Source: an uncultured Candidatus Saccharibacteria bacterium (GTDB lineage: Bacteria; Patescibacteriota; Minisyncoccia; UBA11713; 2-01-FULL-45-33). Taken from it: a DNA stretch of 64,000 bases. Location: positions 6,410-70,409 of the forward strand of contig CAYXFX010000003.1 of the NCBI GenBank assembly GCA_964464405.1, in the 5' to 3' direction. The notes under the pieces were generated by a model. That model did not search any database and had not been told where the DNA came from. It saw nothing but the letters and a program-made list of their open reading frames with translations. The position numbers were made by a program, and so were the translations under genes. Below are positions 1 to 7,502 of the stretch, one piece after another (position 1 is the first letter of the stretch; the number at the start of each line of letters is the position of its first letter).

Positions 1-636
1 TTTGCTTGTCTTTGTTGCCGAGTTTTTGGATTTGATGATTTCGTCTACGATTCCGTATTTTTTTGCCTCTTCCGGATCCATGTAGAAATTGCGGTCGGTG
101 TCGCGCTCAATGTTTGCTAGAGACTGTCCGGTGTGAAGCGCTAAAATTTTATTTATTTTTTCTTTAACGTGCACAATATGCTTTGCGTCTATAGCGATAT
201 CCGAAGCTTGCCCTTCAGTCGCGCTTAAAACTTGATGAATCATGACTTCTGAATTAGGAAGTGCGTACCTTTTTTTTGCTGCGCCTCCAGCGAGCAAAAT
301 TGCGGCGCCTGACGCAGCAAACCCAACACAAAGCGTGGCAACATCCGGCTTAATATGTTGCATTGTGTCGTAAATTGCAAGCGTCGCCGAAACTGAACCG
401 CCAGGCGAATTTATATAAAGCCAAATGTCTTTTTTTTGATCCTGAAGCTCTAAAAAAAGAAGCTGAGCTATAATCGTGTTTGCAACCGGATCTATAATAG
501 GTCCGCCCAAAAAGACAATCCGGTCTTTTAAAAGCCTTGAATAAATATCGTAGGAACGTTCCCCAAACTGCTCTTTTTCAATAACAGTCGGAATTAAATA
601 AGTGTTGTATGCGTCGTCATCCATAATATTTTGCAT
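1..636 (-). CDS. clpP: ATP-dependent Clp protease proteolytic subunit ClpP; C-terminus runs off the 5' edge of the window
   Basis: Reverse-strand translation from ATG (complement of 634-636) gives [47 protein letters not shown]...YINSPGGSV...; classic ClpP motifs and classic tig-clpP gene order. Not in the ORF track because it is truncated by the window edge. Confidence 0.85.
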   Translation of the reverse strand, partial: MQNIMDDDAYNTYLIPTVIEKEQFGERSYDIYSRLLKDRIVFLGGPIIDPVANTIIAQLLFLELQDQKKDIWLYINSPGGSVSATLAIYDTMQHIKPDVATLCVGFAASGAAILLAGGAAKKRYALPNSEVMIHQVLSATEGQASDIAIDAKHIVHVKEKINKILALHTGQSLANIERDTDRNFYMDPEEAKKYGIVDEIIKSKNSATKTSK

Positions 637-646
637 AATATCATTT

Positions 647-1621
647 TTAGCTGTTGTTTTCAAGAAGGTTAAAAACCATTTCATTTTGTAACTGCCCATA
701 AATGTATCCTTCGAGTTCTTTTTTATCTATTTTTTTGAGGTCTTCCGGCCCATAATTTTTTAGGATTTTCTCAATTTCGTTGCTAAGCGCTTCGTCTAAT
801 GGTTTTAGACCCTCTTGTTTTGCGATATTGCTTAAAATTAAACCAAAAATTACGCGGTGTCTTGCGTCCTCTTTCCATGATTTTTTTAAATCTTCCTCGC
901 CTTTAATTTGGTCATTTTTTAAATGCTCTATATATTTGTCTAGGGCGAGGCCGATATCCGAAAGATTTGCTTTAAGTTCAAGAAGCATTTTTTCAAGTTC
1001 CGCCCCTAAAAGAACCTCTGGCATTTCAAAAACATTTAATTCTTTTGAGATGCGCTCCAAAATTTCAATTCTTTTGTTATTTTTTGCCTTTCTTTCCTTT
1101 TCGAGCCGCAAGTTTTCTTTTACTGTGTTTTCGTCTATTTTTATCTCTTTTCCGTTTTCGCTTCTAGCCATTTGATCGCGCACTAAATTTAAAGTCCGCT
1201 CAAGCTCCTCTGCGCTTACCGTAACTTCCTTTTTTTCCGCTAAAGTATCCTTTGCTATTTTTTTGTAGTCTGGAAGTATAATCTCAGGCATTAATGAAAT
1301 TACGATTTTAAGCCCCAAAGGATTATGTTCCGCAAGTTTTGTTATCGAAATTTCTGGGTGGCCGACCGGTTCAAAGCCCGATTCTTTAATTATGTTTGGC
1401 CAATGAGTTTTAAGCGCCGCCTCCGCCGCTTCTTCTAAAATGTGGGCAAGCCCCACTCTCTCTTTTACAATATTTGTCGGGGCCATTCCACGCCTGAAGC
1501 CCGGAAGTTCGAGATTTTTCTGGATATTTTTTACTGCAGCTTCAAAAAAACGGTCGAATTCTTCGGCCGGTATCTCATAAACAATTTCCGCTCGCGAATT
1601 AGGGAGTTTCTTTATTTCCAT
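647..1621 (-). CDS. tig: Trigger factor (short form, 324 aa)
   Basis: N-terminal ribosome-binding signature PGFRRGMAP; sits upstream of clpP as in most bacteria. Confidence 0.8.
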   Translation of the reverse strand: MEIKKLPNSRAEIVYEIPAEEFDRFFEAAVKNIQKNLELPGFRRGMAPTNIVKERVGLAHILEEAAEAALKTHWPNIIKESGFEPVGHPEISITKLAEHNPLGLKIVISLMPEIILPDYKKIAKDTLAEKKEVTVSAEELERTLNLVRDQMARSENGKEIKIDENTVKENLRLEKERKAKNNKRIEILERISKELNVFEMPEVLLGAELEKMLLELKANLSDIGLALDKYIEHLKNDQIKGEEDLKKSWKEDARHRVIFGLILSNIAKQEGLKPLDEALSNEIEKILKNYGPEDLKKIDKKELEGYIYGQLQNEMVFNLLENNS

Positions 1622-1973
1622 GTTTTTGGTCCAATTGCATTTGAATTTTTAATTCTTCCAGATTTCTTTTTCTCCTCGTCAAATCTGTCAGAAAAGCATT
1701 CCGAGCCTCGTTGTTTTCGCTTTTCATCAACTCTCCAAATCTGTCAACGAAGTTTCTCAAATCTTCTTCAGCTATCTCAAGTGTCTTTTCTTTATTTTTT
1801 AGCTCCCGTTCTTCAAGGTCCTTCTGCCCTTCAGGACTTTTAAGAAACGCTAAATATTGCTCTGCCAGATCAGCGTGTTTTTCTTCTGTTTTTTTGGCAT
1901 TCATTTTTGCATGCCCCTCCTTTTCCATGTATTCACTAAAAGACGAATATTTTGCTGGTTTTTCTTCAGCCAT
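1599..1973 (-). CDS. Hypothetical charged/coiled-coil protein (124 aa)
   Basis: Intact ORF overlapping the tig start by 23 nt; Lys/Glu-rich with no recognisable domain. Confidence 0.4.
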   Translation of the reverse strand: MAEEKPAKYSSFSEYMEKEGHAKMNAKKTEEKHADLAEQYLAFLKSPEGQKDLEERELKNKEKTLEIAEEDLRNFVDRFGELMKSENNEARNAFLTDLTRRKRNLEELKIQMQLDQKHGNKETP

Positions 1974-2025
1974 AATTTTTAATCATAGCACATTATCAAA
2001 AAAACAAACCGCAGGTTGGGCGGTT

Positions 2026-2328
2026 TTATTTGATTTTAGGCATCGCAATAAATTTGTAGCATCTTCCGCGATTTACATCCGCGCAATCGGCATATGGCTC
2101 TTCTTTTTCACTTAAAAAACGCGTCTCGCCTCTTCGTAAATCGATTGTGAAATATTTCAACTTTCCATCTGCCGGATCGATTTTCCTTGAAAGCGGGCTT
2201 GCCCCGCATTTTTTCTCCGTCCATGAAGGAATCAAGGGATGGTTTGCGCCATCTCTATAAAATACACAATCTTCACATCGGACTGTTTTGCGTTTTTTTT
2301 GGTCAAATTCTAAAATTTTTGCTGGCAT
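2026..2328 (-). CDS. Hypothetical Cys-containing small protein (100 aa), possible zinc-ribbon
   Basis: CEDCVFY...KKCG...CADVNRGRCY cysteine pattern; same strand as the neighbouring genes. Confidence 0.4.
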   Translation of the reverse strand: MPAKILEFDQKKRKTVRCEDCVFYRDGANHPLIPSWTEKKCGASPLSRKIDPADGKLKYFTIDLRRGETRFLSEKEEPYADCADVNRGRCYKFIAMPKIK

Positions 2329-2339
2329 TTTGCCTCCTT

Positions 2340-2612
2340 TTATTCAAAAGGCGGTTTTTCGTTTGAAGGTTCGTCAATTTTCCAATCCGGCAAAAATTTT
2401 TTTACAATTTCCGGATCGTATGAACCTAATCCTTCCGAGGTTCCGAAAATTCTTTTTTCTTCAAGATCGGCGAAACCACCGCGTGCGTATTCTGTTGGAA
2501 CATCGTAGTTTGACGCGATTGGTCTATGTCCGTCCATTGACCACTCTTTTTCTCCGAAAAATACTCCCATATCGGGATGCACTATAAATTTTACGAATCT
2601 TAGTTTTTTCAT
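2340..2612 (-). CDS. Hypothetical protein (90 aa)
   Basis: ORF only; a copy of the GCGATCGC palindrome motif lies about 110 nt upstream. Confidence 0.35.
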   Translation of the reverse strand: MKKLRFVKFIVHPDMGVFFGEKEWSMDGHRPIASNYDVPTEYARGGFADLEEKRIFGTSEGLGSYDPEIVKKFLPDWKIDEPSNEKPPFE

Positions 2613-2726
2613 ATTAAAATAACTCCTATTCTAATAACAGAGTACTTTTTTAAAAAATTTTTGTAAAGAAGAAAGTTAAAGAAGAAGATTTTAGAAGAGT
2701 GAAAGGGGTGTATGTTGAAAATTCAG

Positions 2727-2758
2727 GCGATCGCCTTTATTTCTGACATTAGATTTTT
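2727..2758. promoter_or_regulatory. Copy 1 of the GCGATCGCCTTTATTTcTGACATtAGATTTTT motif (half-palindrome)
   Basis: About 32-nt match to the motifs at 52757-52800 and 53367-53400. Confidence 0.4.
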
Positions 2759-2788
2759 AAGACCAAATTTTGATGAATTTGTAGAATT

Positions 2789-4819
2789 TTATTTTAAAAA
2801 CGGAATGAGCAAAAGCGCAACAATATTTACCACCTTTATCATCGGATTTATCGCGGGGCCAGCCGTGTCTTTGTATGGGTCACCGACTGTGTCTCCGGTT
2901 ACAGCGGCCTTGTGCGCATCCGATCCTTTCCCGCCGTAATTTCCCTCTTCAATATATTTTTTAGCGTTGTCCCACGCGGCACCTCCTGATGTCATTGAAA
3001 TTGCAAGAAAAAGCCCTGTCACTATTACTCCGACGAGTAAACCTCCTAAAGCTTTTGGCCCCAACCAAAATCCTACGATTATTGTCACCAAAATCGGTAA
3101 AATTGCCGGAATTATCATTTCTCGTAAAGCCGCTTTTGTAACAATGTCTACGGTTGCGGCATAATCCGGCTTGGCAGTGCCTTCCATTATTCCTTTTATT
3201 TCCCGAAATTGCCTGCGCACTTCTTCGACAACGCTCCCAGCGCTTTTTCCAACCGCGCGCATTGCCATTGAGGCAAAAATATACGGGAGCATTCCTCCTA
3301 AGAAAAGGCCTGTAATTACCAATGGGTCCGAAAGCTCGAAAGTAATTTCAAGCCCTTTTGAAGCAAGATCTGCTGCGTAAGCTGCAAAAAGAACCATTGC
3401 CGCAAGCCCTGCTGAAGCGATCGCGTATCCTTTCGTTACAGCTTTTGTTGTATTCCCGACAGCGTCTAAAGGGTCAGTAATATCGCGCACCTCTTTTCCT
3501 AACCCTGCCATTTCCGCAATTCCTCCAGCATTATCAGTAATAGGGCCAAACGAATCTATCGCGACAATTATCCCAGTCATAGACAGCATAGAAACTCCGG
3601 CTACTGCAATTCCGTAAAGCCCGGCAAAATTAAATGCAGTATACGCGCCGACTGAAATTAAAATTGCGGGGAGCGCCGTTGACTCAAGCGACATCGCAAG
3701 CCCCATAATAATATTTGTGCCATGCCCAGAAAGAGAACTTTTTGCGATCGATTTAACGGAACGAAATTTTTTTGAAGTGTAGTATTCAGTAATGAGCACC
3801 ATTCCTAACGTAACAGCAAGACCAATAAGAGATGCCCAGAAATAATTTATAAAATTTCCGGGGATTTTAACAACATTAAATAATCCTTGTGAAGTCGGGT
3901 TTTGAAAATTAACAACTAAATTTTTTACGGCTAAATAAAATCCTCCAGCGGATAAAATTCCCGCCGCTAACAGTCCTTTGTAAAGAGCGAGCATAATGCT
4001 CTCTGGGCCGGACACTCGTACAAAATAAAAGCCGATTATTGAAGCCCAAATGGCTACGCTTCCCAAAAGCAAGGGAAGTAAAATTGCTCCATTTGCTCCC
4101 GTAAAAATCGATGCTCCTAAAATCATTGCGGCAATTAAAGTTACTGCATAAGTTTCAAAAAGGTCGGCCGCCATACCCGCGCAATCTCCGACATTGTCTC
4201 CTACATTGTCTGCAATAACCGCCGGATTTCGAGGATCGTCTTCCGGGATTCCCGCTTCCGTTTTTCCCACAAGATCTGCGCCCACATCAGCCGCTTTCGT
4301 ATAAATTCCGCCTCCCAAGCGTGAAAACACAGATATTAATGAGCCTCCGAATCCCACCCCGACTAGCGCGAAGATATCTCCTGTCCATTTCCAAAATCCT
4401 GCAACAACCAAAAGGCCTAAACCAACAACCAAAAATCCTGTTACTGCCCCTCCTTTAAAGGCAAGTAAAAAAGCCTCTTTAAGCCCCTTCTTTGCCCCCT
4501 CCGTAACGCGTGAATTTGCCATGACTGCCGTCTGCATTCCAAGAAAGGCGGCGAGAGAAGAAGCAATGGCTCCTATGATAAAACCAATCGCGATGTTTAT
4601 GCCAAGCGACAACCAAAGTAAAATTGCGACAACAACTCCGACCAAAAAAACGGATTTAAACTGGCGTTTAATAAAAGCGCGCGAACCTTCGCGTATTGCG
4701 GAAGCGATCTCGCGCATTTTTTCATCGCCGTCGTCTGCTTTTTTGACACTGCGCCTCAAATAAAGCGCAAAAAGTATTGAAACAACTGCAGTTGTAATTG
4801 CAAAATTCTCGATAGTCAT
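2789..4819 (-). CDS. hppA: Membrane-bound H+-translocating pyrophosphatase
   Basis: 676 aa polytopic protein with [55 protein letters not shown], a diagnostic V-PPase motif. Confidence 0.9.
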   Translation of the reverse strand: MTIENFAITTAVVSILFALYLRRSVKKADDGDEKMREIASAIREGSRAFIKRQFKSVFLVGVVVAILLWLSLGINIAIGFIIGAIASSLAAFLGMQTAVMANSRVTEGAKKGLKEAFLLAFKGGAVTGFLVVGLGLLVVAGFWKWTGDIFALVGVGFGGSLISVFSRLGGGIYTKAADVGADLVGKTEAGIPEDDPRNPAVIADNVGDNVGDCAGMAADLFETYAVTLIAAMILGASIFTGANGAILLPLLLGSVAIWASIIGFYFVRVSGPESIMLALYKGLLAAGILSAGGFYLAVKNLVVNFQNPTSQGLFNVVKIPGNFINYFWASLIGLAVTLGMVLITEYYTSKKFRSVKSIAKSSLSGHGTNIIMGLAMSLESTALPAILISVGAYTAFNFAGLYGIAVAGVSMLSMTGIIVAIDSFGPITDNAGGIAEMAGLGKEVRDITDPLDAVGNTTKAVTKGYAIASAGLAAMVLFAAYAADLASKGLEITFELSDPLVITGLFLGGMLPYIFASMAMRAVGKSAGSVVEEVRRQFREIKGIMEGTAKPDYAATVDIVTKAALREMIIPAILPILVTIIVGFWLGPKALGGLLVGVIVTGLFLAISMTSGGAAWDNAKKYIEEGNYGGKGSDAHKAAVTGDTVGDPYKDTAGPAINPMIKVVNIVALLLIPFLK

Positions 4820-4893
4820 GATTGATTAAATGGTTAAATTATTAAACGGACGAACAATTTTCAAGATAATATAAAATCTTCGTCTTGACACTA

Positions 4894-4922
4894 TTGACAA
4901 ACTAGCTAAAAAGGAGTATAAT
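4894..4922 (+). promoter_or_regulatory. Consensus sigma70-type promoter P1 (TTGACA-N17-TATAAT), extended motif TTGACAAAC..AAAAGGAGTATAAT
   Basis: Perfect -35 and -10 hexamers. The extended motif is shared with promoters at 35865-35892 (+) and 35709-35736 (-). Confidence 0.5.
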
Positions 4923-4926
4923 TAAC

Positions 4927-5095
4927 CTTAGAATAAGTAAATTATTAACTATTTCTTCTGGTAGGGCATGGGAATTCGCCGAAGTGCATTTACGTCTATT
5001 TTTAACATAAAAAGACATGGCACTCACATCCGGCGCCTCTGCCCCACCAGAAGCGATAGTTGATCGAAGTTCGACTTCGATCAAAAATAACGACT
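4927..5095 (+). ncRNA. Candidate small RNA of unknown class, driven by P1, rod-like fold
   Basis: No ORF. Long-range pairing cuucugguagggc(4958-4970)/gccccaccagaag(5042-5054) encloses internal helices (cgccg/cggcg). Ends with the 9-bp palindromic hairpin tgatcgaagttcgacttcgatca (5061-5083). Confidence 0.3.
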
Positions 5096-5112
5096 CCAAG
5101 CCACCCGTCTCC

Positions 5113-5150
5113 ACCCCTTACTAAGGGGGAAGGGGCTGGGGAAAGGGGTC
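5113..5150. repeat. GC-rich palindromic element, copy A (forms the 3' tail of the DUF559 gene)
   Basis: ccccttaCtaagggggaaggggctggggaaaggggtct; 36/37 identical to 5517-5553. Confidence 0.6.
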
Positions 5151-5435
5151 TGTAATTGATTTAATTTTTTCTAAAACACCATCAATCTTTTCAAAAACAC
5201 TTTGATTTAAAACTCGAATTGTTCTAATTCCAAGCGATTTCATAAACCTTTTTCTTTCATTGTCATACAACTTGTTTTCCAGAACTGCGTGTTGTTCACC
5301 GTCTAGTTCAACAACAAGCTTTAATTCTGGACAATAAAAATCAGCAACATATAAAATTTGTTCCGCATTGGTTAAATTGTTCCGTAAAATTCTACGTTTA
5401 TTTATCTGGGATTTTTTATTGAAAATTTTTGTCAT
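5121..5435 (-). CDS. DUF559 / Vsr-fold endonuclease-domain protein (104 aa)
   Basis: LRNNLTNAEQILYVADFYCPELKLVVELDGEQH...ERKRFMKSLGIRTIRVLNQSV matches the DUF559 signature. The C-terminal ...DPFPQPLPP is encoded by the GC-rich repeat. Confidence 0.7.
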   Translation of the reverse strand: MTKIFNKKSQINKRRILRNNLTNAEQILYVADFYCPELKLVVELDGEQHAVLENKLYDNERKRFMKSLGIRTIRVLNQSVFEKIDGVLEKIKSITDPFPQPLPP

Positions 5436-5502
5436 TAGAAATTGTTGAATGGCTACTACAAACTTTAATACCCCTAACCCAATAAAAACAGGCAGCCTGT
5501 TT

Positions 5503-6414
5503 TTATTTCCCCTTCCCCCTTAGTAAGGGGGAAGGGGCTGGGGAAAGGGGTCTCATTTTCCCATGAAACGCCTTGTGCACCTCGTGAAGTTGTTTGTCCG
5601 TAAAGTGAGTATAAATTTGGGTTGTTGAAATATTTGCATGGCCCAACATAGACTGCACGGAGCGAAGGTCGGCGCCATTTTGCAAAAGATCCGTCGCAAA
5701 AGCATGGCGCAGGACATGAGGGGTGACTTTTTTTACGATTCCCGCCTGCACAGCGTATTTTTTTATCATCCGTTGAATCGAGCGGGGAGTCATTGGGAAA
5801 AGAAGATCGTTTTCAATGTCCCCACGCTTTTCTAAATAATTATTTATCGCACTTTTGGCTCTGTCCGAAATAAACACAACGCGGATTTTCCCGCCCTTTC
5901 CGCGCACAGCAAATTCTCCGCTACGCAAGCTTACGTCGTCATTTTTTAAATTTGCAAGCTCCGAAATGCGAAGTCCGGTTGAAAAGAAGAGCTCTAAAAT
6001 TGCGCGGTCTCGAATCGATTTATTAGAGCCGCCTTCGGCGGAAGCCGAAGGAGCAGAAAGCAACCTCTCCAAATCCGCATGATCTAAAAGATCAAGATTC
6101 CTTTCTTTAAGTTTTGCAAGTTCAATTTTTTCGGCATCCAGGGATTCAATATTTTTTTTGGAAAGATATTTAAGAAACATCCTTAGTGCGATCACGTGGT
6201 AATTTTGGGTAGATTTATCTAAATTTGCGCGGTTTAAATGAAGCCTGTACTGCCTTACAAGCTCTTCCGAAATATCGGCAGGGGACTTAATTTTTGAAAA
6301 TTCCAAAAACTTCTTTAAATATCTGTCGTAATTTTCAACCGTCTTTATCGCCCGCCCTTTTTCAATTTCTAAATATTCAAGAAATTCTTTTTTAAGTGTG
6401 TCCAGATTAGCCAT
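5503..6414 (-). CDS. Tyrosine site-specific recombinase, XerC/XerD family
   Basis: C-terminal catalytic region LRHAFATDLLQNGADLRSVQSMLGHANISTTQIYTH. The last ~15 aa (RPLSPAPSPLLRGKGK) are encoded by the GC-rich palindromic element. Confidence 0.85.
   Translation of the reverse strand: MANLDTLKKEFLEYLEIEKGRAIKTVENYDRYLKKFLEFSKIKSPADISEELVRQYRLHLNRANLDKSTQNYHVIALRMFLKYLSKKNIESLDAEKIELAKLKERNLDLLDHADLERLLSAPSASAEGGSNKSIRDRAILELFFSTGLRISELANLKNDDVSLRSGEFAVRGKGGKIRVVFISDRAKSAINNYLEKRGDIENDLLFPMTPRSIQRMIKKYAVQAGIVKKVTPHVLRHAFATDLLQNGADLRSVQSMLGHANISTTQIYTHFTDKQLHEVHKAFHGKMRPLSPAPSPLLRGKGK
5509..5553. repeat. GC-rich palindromic element, copy B (ccccttccccc-ttagtaa-gggggaagggg + ctggggaaaggggtct)
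   Basis: 11 to 14-bp perfect stem; direct repeat of 5113-5150. Confidence 0.6.
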
Positions 6415-6431
6415 AATTTAATTATAAAATA

Positions 6432-6496
6432 TTTTGCGACGTTTTAGAATGTTGCAAAATATTTTAGTTTTTTGCGACGTTTTAGAATGTTGCAAA
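6432..6496. promoter_or_regulatory. Two perfect tandem 28-bp repeats (ttttgcgacgttttagaatgttgcaaaa) with a 9-bp spacer, in the xerC <-> rpsO divergent intergenic region; candidate operator pair
   Basis: Exact duplication. Each unit is an imperfect palindrome (ttttgc...gcaaaa). The second unit overlaps a TTGCAA-N17-GATAAT promoter for rpsO. Confidence 0.45.
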
Positions 6497-6536
6497 ACGT
6501 TTGCGTTTTTTAGATAATAATGATACTATATTTTCT

Positions 6537-6803
6537 ATGCTGAAAACTCCAGTAAAAAAGAAAATAGTTGAAGCACACAAGACCCACGACAAAGACACAG
6601 GGTCCATTGAAGTGCAAATTGCCCTGCTTTCAAAACAAATCGAGGAACTAACGGATCATTTAAAAAAGCACCCAAAAGACAACCACTCCCGCCGCGGACT
6701 TCTTAAAATGGTTGCTAAAAGAAAAAAGTTTTTGGAATATCTTTCTAAGAAAAACAGGCCAAGCTATGATAAATTGATTAAGAAACTCGGGCTTCGCAAA
6801 TAA
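6537..6803 (+). CDS. rpsO: 30S ribosomal protein S15
   Basis: MLKTPVKKKIVEAHKTHDKDTGSIEVQIALLSKQIEELTDHLKKHPKDNHSRRGLLKMV. The ORF-track start at 6501 is an upstream in-frame TTG; ATG at 6537 gives the canonical 88-aa S15. Confidence 0.85.
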   Translation: MLKTPVKKKIVEAHKTHDKDTGSIEVQIALLSKQIEELTDHLKKHPKDNHSRRGLLKMVAKRKKFLEYLSKKNRPSYDKLIKKLGLRK

Positions 6804-6828
6804 GACAAATTTGTTCTAGTATAAATAT

Positions 6829-7335
6829 ATGACAACAGTTAAACATAAAAACCAAAGAATGGCCGTCTTCATTGACGCGCAAAATCTATACCATTCAGCG
6901 AGAAGTTTATTCGGCGGAAGAGTAAATTTTAAAAACTTAATTCAAACTGCCGTAGGTGGCAGGCAATTAATCCGCGCTTTTGGATACGTAATCAGTACAA
7001 AAACGGGTGAGGAGAAGCCGTTTTTTGAAGCTTTAACAAAATTGGGAATCGAAACCCGCGAAAAAGAGCTTCAGGAGTTTTTTGGAGGCGCAAAAAAAGC
7101 CGATTGGGACGTCGGCCTCGCGGTGGATGCAATCCGCACAGCAGAAATTGTAGACACAATCGTTATAGTTTCCGGAGATGGCGACTTTATTCCGCTTGTG
7201 GAATATTTGAAAAACCAAGGAAGGCGCGTTGAAGTCATGGCATTCGGCAGAAGCGCGTCCGGCAAACTTAAAGAAGCTTGCGACGAATTCATTGATTTAG
7301 GCGAGGAGGGCGGAAAATATGTGATAAAGAGATAG
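6829..7335 (+). CDS. NYN (LabA-like, PIN-related) domain protein
   Basis: VFIDAQNLY...DVGLAVDAI...IVSGDGDFIPLV motifs. Confidence 0.7.
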   Translation: MTTVKHKNQRMAVFIDAQNLYHSARSLFGGRVNFKNLIQTAVGGRQLIRAFGYVISTKTGEEKPFFEALTKLGIETREKELQEFFGGAKKADWDVGLAVDAIRTAEIVDTIVIVSGDGDFIPLVEYLKNQGRRVEVMAFGRSASGKLKEACDEFIDLGEEGGKYVIKR

Positions 7336-7502
7336 CTCAATATTTTGACAATAAACTGAAAAAAAGCTAACATGTACTTATTATTAAATAACGAGGTGGT
7401 CTTTGGATAGGTAGTTCACTTGAAAGCTATAGTCCTAGCTTATCGAATGACCTAAAATCTGAAGATCACTCATCCGCCAAATGGCGGAAAAGTAAAAAAA
7501 TT

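Noticed and set aside
780-1843. Antisense ORFs (780..1175 +, 1442..1843 +, 1711..2115 +) overlapping tig and its neighbour
   Set aside because: They lie opposite well-supported genes, have low-complexity Ser/Phe-rich translations typical of antisense frames in AT-rich DNA, and have no start context.
2712-2939. ORF 2712..2939 (+) overlapping the hppA 3' end
   Set aside because: It overlaps the strongly supported hppA on the opposite strand. Its 5' end is the GCGATCGC regulatory motif rather than a translation start.
5113-5553. Target-site duplication of a classical transposon around DUF559
   Set aside because: There is no transposase, and the 'repeat' is itself a member of a dispersed palindromic element family found in unrelated genes. 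A small-element or 3'-end-targeting explanation fits better.
6432-6496. CRISPR array
   Set aside because: There are only two repeat units, no cas genes, and the repeats are palindromic operator-like. No other regularly spaced repeats occur in the window.
7336-7502. tRNA gene in the NYN-pnp intergenic region
   Set aside because: There is no cloverleaf, T-loop or anticodon-arm pattern. It is more likely the structured pnp 5' leader.
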